A stretch of DNA of 64,000 bases from Gemmatimonadota bacterium (lineage in GTDB: Bacteria > Gemmatimonadota > Gemmatimonadetes > Palauibacterales > KS3-K002), in contig JBDHJS010000016.1 in assembly GCA_039586795.1 (NCBI GenBank), positions 81,617-145,616 of the forward strand, given 5' to 3'. The translations under genes and the position numbers were made by a program. A model generated the notes under the pieces. That model saw only the letters and a list, made by a program, of their open reading frames with translations, was not told where the DNA came from and searched no databases. Shown piece after piece: positions 1 through 9,486 of this stretch. How positions within the stretch are numbered: position 1 is the stretch's first letter; each line of letters opens with the position of its first letter.

Positions 1-1841
1 TCGATGACCGGGCTCAGCAGGTTCTCACGATCTTCTTGGAACGAGATCCCGGACTGGAAGCCCTCGAGCCTAAGACCCAGGTCGATTGTCACGTTGTGCG
101 CGGCCAGCAGCGATATCTCGCCGTAGCCGGCGATCGTCTTCGGATAGAATCGCGCGTAGCTCGGCAGGTTGCCGGGCAGATAGGCCAGCGTTCGCTCGTA
201 GCTCTCGATCTCGTAGAAGCGCGTGTTGATCCCCGCGCGGAACGCGTGGCCTCTGGCGTTCAGAATCTCGCCGATCAGGTCGGCGGCGATGTAACCGGTC
301 CGATTCCAGTTGGCGAGCCCGGGCGTTCCCTCGGTGAAGAAGATCCCCGCAGCGGCCGGCCCGAACGGCGAGCCGGTCGTGCCGCCCGGTTGCTGGTAGC
401 CCGGCACGGCTTCTCCAGAGTCCAACTGGTCATCGATCGATGAACGGGCGAAGTCTTCTCCAAGGAAGCGGAAGCTCGATAGACCGAAGCCTGCGACTCG
501 GCTCCTGCCGTTGAACGTCCAGGGATCCAGCGCGCCCAGATAGCGGTCGAGCCGCACGGCCGCACCGCGGGCGATGACGTTGTAGATCTTGCCGGACTTC
601 TGCTTGGTCCAGTCGAGGGTCAAGTTGGCCAGAAAGCCCTCCTGCTTCTGGCCCAACTGATTCTCGGTGTTGTACTTGAATTCGGGCGTGTACAGCTCCA
701 ACTGGCGGCGGTTGTAAAGCAGGCTGCCCATCAGGTTGAACTCGCTACCGATCCCCTGGTCGAGTCTGAGGAAGCCGATGATCTTGTCGCCCCGTTGATA
801 AGGCACGCGTGCGGATGTATACGGGCAGTAGAGACTGGCCATCGCTGGATCGTTCTGCATCGCTTCGATGGCGTCCGTCAACGCCTGATCACCGTCGCCA
901 GGCTCCAGGCAAGTCAAGCCGCGCGCTCGCGAATCACCGTCGATCAAGCCCTGAAGGAGCACGTCGGCGAACATCGTCGTCTTGCTGCTGATGAACTTCA
1001 GCGGGCCACCCGCCGAGGCGGCAAGCTCGGTGAAACCCCAGGAGTAATCATCCGGCGCCAGGTGATCGCCCTGAAGGAAGAAGCGACCGTTCCAGCGTTC
1101 GGTGCTGCCGCGGCGCGTCACGTAGCTCACGACGCCGGACAACGCCGAGCCGTTATCGACGCCGAAGCCGCCAGTCACGACGTCGATCTCTTCGAGCGAG
1201 CTCGGCGAGACCTCGAGGCCGGCGCCGAGCGACGACGACTCCAGCTGGTTCTTCACTTCCAGCCCGTCGATCCGGTAGACTTCCTGCCCGACGCGGCCGC
1301 CCCGGAACCGACCCTCACTCACGCCGGTCGTCAGCTCGACGGCCTGTTCCACGTTGGAGACCGGCAACTCGATCAGCTCCTCGCCGCGGAGCACCTGATG
1401 GGTTTGTGTGACGTCCGGCTCGATCAGGCGGACCCGCTCGACTTCGGCGGTGATGCCCTCCACCTCGACGGGTTGCGTCTCCAGTTCGACCGTCAGCGGC
1501 GTCGCCTGGCCCGCGCGAACCAGGACGGTGACCAGCGTCGTGGCATACCCGATACGCTGCACCTGCAGTCGATGCTCGCCGATCGGCACGGACAAGAAGA
1601 CGAACTCGCCCTTCTCGTCAGTGAGGACGCGTAGCTCAGTCCCTTCGATATGCACATCTGCTGTCGCGATGGGCACTCGGGTTCCCTTTTCCAGGATCCG
1701 CCCCAGCACGCGGCCGGTGTTCTGGCCCGTTGCCGGGACCGCCGCCGCCGTTAGCAGTGTCAGAGCGGGGAGAATCGCGATCAACGCCCGAGCGATCGGG
1801 CGAGAAGGGTGGAAGTGAGTGAGTGAAGAATCCCGTGTCAT
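1..1841 (-). CDS. TonB-dependent receptor with N-terminal carboxypeptidase-regulatory-like domain and plug; runs off the left edge of the window
   Basis: Not in the ORF track because there is no stop in the window. Manual translation from ATG 1841: MTRDSS...ALIAILPALTLLTAAAVPATGQNTGRVLGRILEKGTRVPIATADVHIEGTELRVLTDEKGEFVFLSVPIGEHRLQVQRIGY...ELIELPVSNVEQAVELTTGVSEGRFRGGRVGQEVYRIDGLEV. This is a signal peptide, a CarboxypepD_reg-like domain and a plug motif. Confidence 0.85.
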   Translation of the reverse strand, partial: MTRDSSLTHFHPSRPIARALIAILPALTLLTAAAVPATGQNTGRVLGRILEKGTRVPIATADVHIEGTELRVLTDEKGEFVFLSVPIGEHRLQVQRIGYATTLVTVLVRAGQATPLTVELETQPVEVEGITAEVERVRLIEPDVTQTHQVLRGEELIELPVSNVEQAVELTTGVSEGRFRGGRVGQEVYRIDGLEVKNQLESSSLGAGLEVSPSSLEEIDVVTGGFGVDNGSALSGVVSYVTRRGSTERWNGRFFLQGDHLAPDDYSWGFTELAASAGGPLKFISSKTTMFADVLLQGLIDGDSRARGLTCLEPGDGDQALTDAIEAMQNDPAMASLYCPYTSARVPYQRGDKIIGFLRLDQGIGSEFNLMGSLLYNRRQLELYTPEFKYNTENQLGQKQEGFLANLTLDWTKQKSGKIYNVIARGAAVRLDRYLGALDPWTFNGRSRVAGFGLSSFRFLGEDFARSSIDDQLDSGEAVPGYQQPGGTTGSPFGPAAAGIFFTEGTPGLANWNRTGYIAADLIGEILNARGHAFRAGINTRFYEIESYERTLAYLPGNLPSYARFYPKTIAGYGEISLLAAHNVTIDLGLRLEGFQSGISFQEDRENLLSPVI

Positions 1842-2039
1842 GTAGCCAATTGCGTGACCGCCTGTCAGTCGGTCTAGCCGTCGGGGCCTTCGCGTGACGA
1901 CGAGCCTGAAAATAACGATCATCGACCGGGAATGGCTACCAACGGGCCGATATCCGTGCGACGCGTGTGATCTTGACGCCGCTGTTACCCCGGACCGGCT
2001 CCTGCTATAGTAAATGCCTTACTCAGAACGAGGAGAAAG

Positions 2040-3221
2040 ATGGCGAAAGCCGGTGCGGACCCGCGAGAGATCATCACGCCTGACGCCTTTTCCGTAGCGC
2101 CGGAACTGTTGGGTACGCCTCTGGCGCGGCCCTGGCGGCGCGGCATCGCCATGGGGGTCGATCTGCTGGCGATCGCGATCATCGCCGGCCTTAGAGTCTC
2201 CTGGGTGCTTCTGTTCCTGGCGATCACCGTGCTCGCCGTGCGGGCGGCGCTGCGGCCGTCGGCGACACGTCTTCGCACCGGTACGCGATGGGCCGTCTTC
2301 GGATCTATCGGCTTCGCCGGCCTTTTGGCGACGTTCGTAGCGACGGTGGAGCTCATCGAGAACTTCAATCCGTTGGGGCTGATAACGAGTGGCATGCTCT
2401 CGGATGAGGGCGGCGGCGAGGAGGCCGGCGGCTTTGACCTGGGCGGCGTCATCGGCACAGCGGCCGGCGCGGTGGCGATCCAGTCGGCAGAGAACGAAGA
2501 GGAGCTCGAGGCGGCGGTCCTGGAGTTCGCCAGAGGTATGGAGCGCCTCGGAGTCGACCCGGATTCGACCCGGGAAGCTCTGCTGGCGATGGTCGGGGGG
2601 CGGGAAGAGCCGTGGGCGCAAGACGGGCTGAACGAGGCGTTGGCCGAGCTGGGCCTCGCGGCGGCGACGCCGGCCAAAGCCAGCGAGCGTGATTCACTCG
2701 CACTGGCCTACGCTGAAGCGGTCGAGTCCGGGGACACGTCCGCAACGAGCGCGCTGCATGACCCGATGGCCGAGGCCTTTGCCGGAGAACGGATCTCGCT
2801 CCTGCGACAAGACAATCAAGAGCTGGAGGACGAGCTGGAAGCTCTCGAAGTCGAGATGAATCAGAGTGAGAGGACCGGCGTTCTGGCCTTTCTTCTCAGG
2901 ATCTTGGACGAAGTCGGTATCGAGCTCGGTTGGTCAGCCCTGTACTTCTCCATGTTTCCGGTCTTCTGGAGCGGCAAGACGCCCGGCAAGCGACTGATGC
3001 GGTTGCGCATCGTGCGTTTGGACGGGAAACCGATCGGCTGGTGGGTGGCTCTCAACCGTTTCGGAGGCTACGCAGCGTCGATTTTCACAGGGCTGTTGGG
3101 GTTCTTCGAGATGTTCTGGGACGCCAACCGCCAGGCTCTGCAGGATCGTATCGCATCCACGGTAGTGATCCACGACGTGAGAGGCGGACTCGTCGCGCCC
3201 GTGGGCGACGCGAAACCGTAG
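2040..3221 (+). CDS. RDD family membrane protein (RDD motifs at both ends, long acidic helical insert)
   Basis: N-terminal LARPWRRGIAMGVDL; C-terminal GKTPGKRLMRLRIV...RQALQDRIASTVVI; RBS AGGAG upstream. Confidence 0.85.
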   Translation: MAKAGADPREIITPDAFSVAPELLGTPLARPWRRGIAMGVDLLAIAIIAGLRVSWVLLFLAITVLAVRAALRPSATRLRTGTRWAVFGSIGFAGLLATFVATVELIENFNPLGLITSGMLSDEGGGEEAGGFDLGGVIGTAAGAVAIQSAENEEELEAAVLEFARGMERLGVDPDSTREALLAMVGGREEPWAQDGLNEALAELGLAAATPAKASERDSLALAYAEAVESGDTSATSALHDPMAEAFAGERISLLRQDNQELEDELEALEVEMNQSERTGVLAFLLRILDEVGIELGWSALYFSMFPVFWSGKTPGKRLMRLRIVRLDGKPIGWWVALNRFGGYAASIFTGLLGFFEMFWDANRQALQDRIASTVVIHDVRGGLVAPVGDAKP

Positions 3222-3289
3222 CCGGGCGTGGTCTCGTACGGGTAGGTGTCCCTACTGTGGCAACACGGCATTCAGCGAAATAGCAGGAG

Positions 3290-3868
3290 GTGGCGGTGAA
3301 CGAGAAGAACTCGGAAACCGAGAAGACTACGGAGGCGGCAGGACGCGGAGCGCTGGCCGAATTCCGTGAAGCGGTTGGAAAGGTGTTCGATTCCGTGGCC
3401 AGTATGGCGCCCGACTTCAGCATCGGAGCCGAGTGGCCGCGCCACGAGCTCGTGGTGGAGGACGAGGAGTACCTCGTTCATGTGGAGCTTCCCGGCTTCA
3501 AGCGGGACGAGGTGGAGGTATCGGTAGCGGGCCGCAACCTGACGGTGTCCGGTGAACGAAAGAAATTCGATCCTCCCGCGGGCGCGCGGCTGCTGCGCAG
3601 CGAGCGACGCTCCGGAACGTTCGAGCTCAGCATCCGCCTCCCCGCCGAGGTCGATGCACTCAGCGTGATCGGTCAGATGCATGACGGTATTCTCGAGATC
3701 AAGCTCCCCAAGGCCAGCAGCCGTGGTCGCTCGATCGATATCGAAGAGACACCGAGCGACGCCGGGGCGACCGAGGTGAAGAGGACGAGCGAAGCAAGGA
3801 AGAAGCCGGCAGCGGAGGAATCGACTTGGGAAGACTCGCCGGTATCCGATTCCGGTGACGAAGGATAG
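3290..3868 (+). CDS. Hsp20/alpha-crystallin small heat-shock protein
   Basis: VELPGFKRDEVEV...LTVSGERK...ERRSGTFE...LP...DGILEIKLPK; RBS AGGAGG. Confidence 0.9.
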   Translation: MAVNEKNSETEKTTEAAGRGALAEFREAVGKVFDSVASMAPDFSIGAEWPRHELVVEDEEYLVHVELPGFKRDEVEVSVAGRNLTVSGERKKFDPPAGARLLRSERRSGTFELSIRLPAEVDALSVIGQMHDGILEIKLPKASSRGRSIDIEETPSDAGATEVKRTSEARKKPAAEESTWEDSPVSDSGDEG

Positions 3869-3877
3869 GGGGCGATC

Positions 3878-4267
3878 ATGAACGCCGATAAAGACGAACT
3901 CCGCGACGTCGAGCAGACCGTTTCGCCAAAGGAAGAACGGGAAGCACGTTTCCGCCGGCGCAACTTCGTTCGGCCAGCCGTCGACATCTATTCCACAGAC
4001 AAAGAGATGGTCGTGCTGGCCGACATGCCGGGCGTCCACAAGACAGATATCGACATCACCATCGACCACGACGACCTCGTCATCGAGGTGCCCGTCGCCG
4101 GTCGCGCCGACGCCGAGAGCTCGCTGCCCTGGGGCTATTACCGCCGCTTCCGGCTACGCACCAACTTCGAGCGCGACCATATCAACGCGAACCTCGAGGG
4201 TGGGATCCTGACCATCACACTACCGAAAGCAGCCAGCGAACAAACCAAGAAGGTATCCGTCGACTAA
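3878..4267 (+). CDS. Hsp20/alpha-crystallin small heat-shock protein
   Basis: PAVDIY...ADMPGV...YRRFRL...GILTITLPKA. Confidence 0.9.
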   Translation: MNADKDELRDVEQTVSPKEEREARFRRRNFVRPAVDIYSTDKEMVVLADMPGVHKTDIDITIDHDDLVIEVPVAGRADAESSLPWGYYRRFRLRTNFERDHINANLEGGILTITLPKAASEQTKKVSVD

Positions 4268-4330
4268 TAGGAACGGACGCCAACAAGACGAGCGCTCGAT
4301 GCCCGACTCAAAGTCAATGAGCTCGATGGG

Positions 4331-4414
4331 CGTCGAGCGTTCTGCGTCGACCGTCGATCGCCCAACAGGACTCGACCGCCGATGCGGGGAATATCGGCTG
4401 TCCGCAGTCGAAAT
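4331..4414. repeat. Single copy of a dispersed heptamer-periodic repeat, related to the 10336-10496 element
   Basis: The 23-mer CGTCGATCGCCCAACAGGACTCG is identical at 4352-4374 and 10441-10463; flanking CGTCGAGCGT and TCGGCTGTC are also shared. Confidence 0.75.
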
Positions 4415-4417
4415 AGT

Positions 4418-4454
4418 CTGCCAGACTGGCAGTCCTCTATGGCACAGCTGTTGC
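4418..4454 (+). promoter_or_regulatory. Putative sigma54 (-24/-12) promoter for clpB with an adjacent 15-bp palindrome
   Basis: TGGCAC-AGCTG-TTGC at 4440-4454 matches the TGGCAC-N5-TTGC consensus; CTGCCA-GAC-TGGCAG at 4418-4432. Confidence 0.65.
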
Positions 4455-4556
4455 CTTGTCTAGCCTTGGATAAGACTCTACGCTTGCGGTGATCGGCCGG
4501 CCGATGCGCCGGAGGGATCGCGGCACGCGAACATGCATGGGAGGCACGGAACATAG

Positions 4557-7175
4557 ATGATCTCATTTGATCGACTGACGGTAAAAGCCGGCGAGGCGCT
4601 GCAGACAGCGATCAGCCTGGCGCAGCGGCAGAACAACCCGGCGGTGGAGGACATCCACCTGCTGGCCGCGCTGCTGGATCAGGAGGGCGGGGTGGCGGGT
4701 CCGCTGCTCGGCCGCCTGGGCGTGCAGCCGCTTCAGCTGCAGAAGAAGGTGGACGAAGCCTTGGGTCGGCTGGCGACGCAGGAGGGCGGGTCGAGCCCGA
4801 TGCCTTCGCGCGAGCTGGGTCAAGTGCTCGATGAGGCTGACAGCGCGGCAAAGGAGATGGGCGACCAGTTCATCTCGAGCGAGCATCTCTTGTTGGCTCT
4901 CGATGCGAAAGCAGCGAGCACCACGGGGCCGCTGCTCAAAGGTCTCGGTGTATCGCCGGAGCAACTGAAGCAAGCGATAGAGTCGATGCGCGGCCCGCAT
5001 CGGGTGACGGATCGTGATGCGGAGGAGAAGTACCGGACGATCCAGAAGTACACGACGGACCTGACCGACATGGCGCGCCGGGGAAAGCTCGATCCGGTGA
5101 TCGGGCGTGACGAGGAGATCCGCCGGGTCATCCAGGTGCTGTCGCGACGGACGAAGAACAACCCGGTACTGATCGGTGAGCCAGGCGTCGGGAAGACAGC
5201 GATCGTAGAGGGATTGGCGCAGCGGATCGTCAACGGCGACGTACCGGAGTCGCTGCGCAACAAGCAGGTCATCCAGGTGGACATCGCGACGATGGTGGCG
5301 GGCACCAAGTACCGCGGCCAGTTCGAAGAGCGATTCAAGGCGCTGCTCAAAGAGATTACTGAAGCTGAGGGCCAGTACGTGGTCTTCATTGATGAGCTGC
5401 ACACGATTGTCGGCGCCGGCGCGGCGGAAGGCGCGGTGGACGCCGGCAACATGCTGAAGCCGCTGCTGGCGCGCGGCCAGTTACGCGTGGTCGGCGCAAC
5501 GACACTGAACGAGTACCGCGAGCATGTCGAGAAGGACACCGCGTTGGAGCGCCGCTTCCAGCCGATCTTCACCGCACAACCCAGTGTGGAAGACACTGTA
5601 GCTATCCTTCGCGGTTTGAAGGAGCGCTACGAAGTTCATCATGGTGTGCGGGTGACGGACGGCGCGCTGGTTGCCGCGGCGCGGCTGTCCGACCGTTATA
5701 TCACGGACCGCTTCCTGCCGGACAAGGCGATCGATCTGATCGATGAGGCGGCCTCGATGCTACGGATCGAGATCGACTCGATGCCCCTCGAGATCGACGA
5801 AGTCGAGCGGCGGATGGTTCAGTTGGAGATCGAGAAACAGGCGCTGCAAAAGGAAGAGGACAAGGAAAGCCGCAAGCGGTTGGACCGCCTGGAGAAGGAG
5901 CTAGCGGATCTGCAAGAGCGTTCCTCGGGCATGAAGGCGAAGTGGCAGGGCGAGAAGGAAGCGATCGAGAACATCAGAACGTTGAAGAGCTTGATCGAGA
6001 GTCTGCGGGTCGAGGCGGATCAGGCCACTCGCGAGGGCGAGCATGCGCGTGTCGCAGAGATCATTCATGGCAAGATTCCGGCGATGGAGACCGAGCTCAA
6101 CAATGCATCCGAGAAGCTCGCCGAGCTGCAGAAGGAATCCAAGTACCTGAAGGAAGAAGTAACCGAAGAGGACGTCGCAGCCGTCGTCTCGCGCTGGACC
6201 GGGATACCGGTCACCAAGATGTTGGAGAGCGATCGCGAACGGCTCGTCAATCTGGAGGATCACCTGCACCAACGCGTGGTGAATCAGAACGAAGCAATCA
6301 CTGCGGTGGCAAACGCGGTACGGCGCAACCGCGCCGGACTACAGGACCCCAACCGGCCGGTAGGTAGCTTCATCTTCCTCGGACCGACGGGTGTCGGCAA
6401 GACGGAAACGGCTCGAGCGCTGGCGGAGTTCCTGTTCGATGACGAGCAAGCGATGGTCCGGATTGACATGTCGGAGTACATGGAGAAGCATGCCGTCGCC
6501 CGGTTGATCGGCGCGCCGCCCGGATACATCGGCTACGAGGAGGGCGGCCAGCTCACAGAGCGGGTGCGCCGCCGGCCGTACAGCGTTATCCTGTTCGACG
6601 AGATCGAGAAGGCGCACCCTGATGTCTTCAACATCTTGCTGCAGATGTTGGATGATGGTCGGCTGACGGACAGTCACGGACGGACGGTGGACTTTAGGAA
6701 CGCCGTGATCATCATGACGTCAAACATCGGCAGCCACTACATCCTTGATCATCAAGAGACGGATGCCTGGGAAGATGTCGAGAAGCACGTCTGGGAGGCG
6801 ATGCGCGCTTCGTTCAGGCCGGAGTTTCTGAACCGGGTGGACGACATCATCATTTTCAAGCCGCTAGGCCGCGAGGAGCTTCGGCAGATCGTCGATCTGC
6901 AGCTGGTCCGCTTCCAGAAGATGATTGCCGAGCAGAAGCTGACACTGGATGTATCCGAAGCGGCGCGCGATCTTATAGCTGCCGAGGGTCACGACCCGGC
7001 GTTCGGCGCCCGACCGTTGAAGCGGGCGCTACAGCGGTTGCTGTTGAATCCGATGTCGGCGGCGGTGATCGAAGGCGGTTTCACGGAAGGCGATCGCGTG
7101 ATCGTCGATCGCGAGCCGGGAGAGGATCGGCTGAACTTCCGCCGTGCAGAGGGGTCGGCGTCGGCTGCCGACTGA
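4557..7175 (+). CDS. clpB: ATP-dependent chaperone ClpB
   Basis: Clp N domain, two AAA+ modules ([16 protein letters not shown]), long coiled-coil middle domain, [11 protein letters not shown]. Confidence 0.97.
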   Translation: MISFDRLTVKAGEALQTAISLAQRQNNPAVEDIHLLAALLDQEGGVAGPLLGRLGVQPLQLQKKVDEALGRLATQEGGSSPMPSRELGQVLDEADSAAKEMGDQFISSEHLLLALDAKAASTTGPLLKGLGVSPEQLKQAIESMRGPHRVTDRDAEEKYRTIQKYTTDLTDMARRGKLDPVIGRDEEIRRVIQVLSRRTKNNPVLIGEPGVGKTAIVEGLAQRIVNGDVPESLRNKQVIQVDIATMVAGTKYRGQFEERFKALLKEITEAEGQYVVFIDELHTIVGAGAAEGAVDAGNMLKPLLARGQLRVVGATTLNEYREHVEKDTALERRFQPIFTAQPSVEDTVAILRGLKERYEVHHGVRVTDGALVAAARLSDRYITDRFLPDKAIDLIDEAASMLRIEIDSMPLEIDEVERRMVQLEIEKQALQKEEDKESRKRLDRLEKELADLQERSSGMKAKWQGEKEAIENIRTLKSLIESLRVEADQATREGEHARVAEIIHGKIPAMETELNNASEKLAELQKESKYLKEEVTEEDVAAVVSRWTGIPVTKMLESDRERLVNLEDHLHQRVVNQNEAITAVANAVRRNRAGLQDPNRPVGSFIFLGPTGVGKTETARALAEFLFDDEQAMVRIDMSEYMEKHAVARLIGAPPGYIGYEEGGQLTERVRRRPYSVILFDEIEKAHPDVFNILLQMLDDGRLTDSHGRTVDFRNAVIIMTSNIGSHYILDHQETDAWEDVEKHVWEAMRASFRPEFLNRVDDIIIFKPLGREELRQIVDLQLVRFQKMIAEQKLTLDVSEAARDLIAAEGHDPAFGARPLKRALQRLLLNPMSAAVIEGGFTEGDRVIVDREPGEDRLNFRRAEGSASAAD

Positions 7176-7184
7176 CGGGGAAGA

Positions 7185-7206
7185 GGTTCGGCGCTCGCGC
7201 CGAACC
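7185..7206 (+). terminator. Hairpin after clpB (no U-tract)
   Basis: GGTTCGGCG-CTCG-CGCCGAACC, 9-bp stem. Confidence 0.4.
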
Positions 7207-7238
7207 CACCCGAATCACTTAGACCGGGAGAGCTTGAC

Positions 7239-7742
7239 GTGCGTACGGCTGACAGAGTGGTGGTGGGAGCGGTGCTGAGTGCCGTCGTGGGTTGGACCGT
7301 CGGTTGTGGCGGTGGATCGACCTCCGGGACCGTGGCCCCGACGGGGCCCGAGGGTGAGTCTTCTCCGGAGACGGCGGTCGAGACGTTTCTCTTCGGAGCG
7401 AAGGAAGCCAACGATGCGCGGGGAGCGGGCGAGTTTACCGTAGCGGATCGGGCCTACGAGAGAATGGCGGGCGTGTTTGGTACCGAGAACGGGTCGATCT
7501 CCAGAAGCCAACCGGCCGAGGAGGTCCGCAACAGGATGCTCGTCCTTTCGGCGTGCCTGCGGCCGATCGAATTCACGATCGTCTCACACTCGGATCCCGA
7601 CGCGTGGCAAAAGAAACAGACCGTAGTAACCGTGAACCTGGCTCGGGACGTCGGTGGATCCACCTTGCCGTTCACAGTTACGCTGGGGCGCGGCGACCGC
7701 TGGTACGTAGAGCGGATCGACCTCAGTAGCTTCGCGTGTTGA
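7239..7742 (+). CDS. Hypothetical lipoprotein
   Basis: Hydrophobic signal ending VGC followed by a G/S linker; GGGAG RBS; acidic globular remainder. Confidence 0.7.
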   Translation: MRTADRVVVGAVLSAVVGWTVGCGGGSTSGTVAPTGPEGESSPETAVETFLFGAKEANDARGAGEFTVADRAYERMAGVFGTENGSISRSQPAEEVRNRMLVLSACLRPIEFTIVSHSDPDAWQKKQTVVTVNLARDVGGSTLPFTVTLGRGDRWYVERIDLSSFAC

Positions 7743-8460
7743 CGCCGGATCGCTTGCGGTAGATTCGCGCGAGGCGTTTCGGGGCTACACCAAGAAGGAA
7801 CAAGAGTCGCAAGCCCAGATGAGTCGCGATGGTGCGCAGGTATCCGTTCGCTCGCCAGCGGCGGTCCGATGTGTGTACCGGCGGTTCCAGAACCACCACC
7901 TTCCCCGATCGGCGCAGACTCCGATAAAAGATCACATCCTCGAATAGCTCGTCGACGGTGAAACCGCCTGAGCGCGCGTAGGCGTCGCGGCGACAGAAAA
8001 TCCCCTGGTCGCCGGTGGCCGTGCGAAAGGTCTTCGTGCGGGCATTGATGGCGCGGGTCAACACGCGCGAGATCCAGCGCTGGGCGGTGGGTCCGCGGAT
8101 AGCCAGATTGAAGCAGCCGCCGACGACGGAGGGATCGGCCATCGCCCGGGAGATGGCCGTACCTGCTTCGGGGTCCAGCCACGTGTCGGCGTGCAGAAAG
8201 ACCAGCGTTTCGCCGCGGGCCGCTTCGGCGCCGAGCCGCAGCTGATGGCCCCGCCCCGGTTGTGACTCGATCAGTCTGGTGCCCCGGTCTGCCCAGTGGG
8301 TGACGGTCTCCCGGGTCTTGTCCGAGCTGCCTCCGTCCACGATCACGACCTCCGTGGCGCCCAAGGCCGCGAATACCGATTCGAGGGTGGCCGACAGTTC
8401 ATCCGCCTCGTTCAGCGTCGGGATGACGACGGTTACGGCAGGAGTTGGTGTGGCGTCCAG
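7723..8460 (-). CDS. Glycosyltransferase family 2 (TIGR04283-like); probable CTG start at 8460
   Basis: In-frame AVTVVIPTLNEA lies upstream of the ORF-track TTG (8364); VDGGSSD, FLHADT, GDQGIF, FEDV and TSDRRW motifs. Confidence 0.85.
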   Translation of the reverse strand: MDATPTPAVTVVIPTLNEADELSATLESVFAALGATEVVIVDGGSSDKTRETVTHWADRGTRLIESQPGRGHQLRLGAEAARGETLVFLHADTWLDPEAGTAISRAMADPSVVGGCFNLAIRGPTAQRWISRVLTRAINARTKTFRTATGDQGIFCRRDAYARSGGFTVDELFEDVIFYRSLRRSGKVVVLEPPVHTSDRRWRANGYLRTIATHLGLRLLFLLGVAPKRLARIYRKRSGVNTRSY

Positions 8461-8462
8461 GA

Positions 8463-8873
8463 CTAGACCGCGGGTTCCGATAGCTCGATCAGCACGCCGC
8501 CGCTGCCGCTGGGGTGGAGAAAGGCGACTTTTCGGCCGCCCGCTCCGATCCGCGGGGCCGCGCCGACCGTCTTCAGGCCGGCATCGGTGCAGCGTAGAAT
8601 CGCTTCCTCGATATCTGGGACGTCGAAGGCGATATGGTGGAGGCCCGGCCCGCGGCTCTCGAGGAATCGGCCCACGGTCGTATCCGGGCCGGTCGGTTCG
8701 AGAAGTTCGATCCTTGGTCCGCCCAGATCGAAGAAGGCGACTCGAACGCCCTCGCTCTCCACTGTTTCACGCCCCGATTCCGGTTTCCCTAGAATGGCGC
8801 TATAGACGGCGATCGCCGTTTCCAGGTCGGAAACCGCTATCGCGACATGTTCGAGACGTGCATCCGGGACCAT
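8463..8873 (-). CDS. mce: Methylmalonyl-CoA epimerase (VOC fold)
   Basis: LEHVAIAV, IELLEP, GLHHIAF, FLHP...GGVLIEL; start chosen at ATG 8873. Confidence 0.88.
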   Translation of the reverse strand: MVPDARLEHVAIAVSDLETAIAVYSAILGKPESGRETVESEGVRVAFFDLGGPRIELLEPTGPDTTVGRFLESRGPGLHHIAFDVPDIEEAILRCTDAGLKTVGAAPRIGAGGRKVAFLHPSGSGGVLIELSEPAV

Positions 8874-9041
8874 CGGGAACCCCACGTGTTGGGCGGCTGT
8901 TCTTACGCCGGCTGGAGTCCTAGCCGGGGTGACTCCCGGCGCGAATAGAATAGATTATTGTGTAAGTTGAGGAGAAGGAAAGGGGTCGGCGAGCGGGATC
9001 GCCGACTGGAACAACGAGACGCGGGACGGGGGTTCAACAAG

Positions 9042-9365
9042 ATGGCATCTGTGATGGAAGTCACCGACGAGACTTTCGCTGACGAAGTGGAGGGCGTAGA
9101 CGGCGTGGCCATGGTCGATTTTTGGGCTGCGTGGTGCGGGCCATGTCGGCTGGTCGGCCCGATCGTCGATGAGCTAGCTCAGGAATACGAGGGCCAGGTG
9201 AAGGTGGCAAAGGTCGATGTCGATGCGAGCCAGCGGACGGCGATGCGCTTCAATATCCGGTCGATCCCGAGCATCCTGTTCTTCAAGGACGGGGAGCACG
9301 TCGACACCGTGATCGGGGCGGTCCCGAAGCAGGCGCTGGAGCAGAAACTGCGATCCTATCTTTAG
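9042..9365 (+). CDS. trxA: Thioredoxin
   Basis: DFWAAWCGPC and IRSIP; 107 aa from ATG 9042. Confidence 0.95.
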   Translation: MASVMEVTDETFADEVEGVDGVAMVDFWAAWCGPCRLVGPIVDELAQEYEGQVKVAKVDVDASQRTAMRFNIRSIPSILFFKDGEHVDTVIGAVPKQALEQKLRSYL

Positions 9366-9381
9366 GAGCCTTCGCTCCTGA

Positions 9382-9418
9382 AACAACGCCCCGGCGGCCT
9401 TGCCGCCGGGGCGTTGTT
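9382..9418. terminator. Strong hairpin, likely intrinsic terminator after trxA
   Basis: AACAACGCCCCGGCGGC-CTT-GCCGCCGGGGCGTTGTT, perfect 17-bp stem. Confidence 0.7.
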
Positions 9419-9423
9419 CGTTG

Positions 9424-9473
9424 GGAATCGACAATTCTCGTTCCTATTCCCTTGCTCCCGGAATCGACAATTC
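9424..9473. promoter_or_regulatory. Two identical 14-bp quasi-palindromic boxes upstream of rsmI, possible operator pair
   Basis: GGAATCGACAATTC at 9424-9437 and 9460-9473. Confidence 0.4.
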
Positions 9474-9486
9474 GATATTCCCAAGT

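Noticed and set aside
795..1634. Long alternative ORFs in the track (e.g. 795..1634, 20795..22174, 23615..24784, 26317..27486, 39052..40218)
   Set aside because: They are antisense shadows of well-supported genes in GC-rich DNA and have no recognisable motifs
3222..3289. CIRCE or heat-shock operator upstream of the hsp20 pair
   Set aside because: No CIRCE; TGGCAACACGGCA is only a weak match to the clpB palindrome and no -24/-12 element follows
9424..9473. Possible mini-CRISPR array
   Set aside because: Only two 14-bp repeats with a 22-nt spacer, and no cas genes
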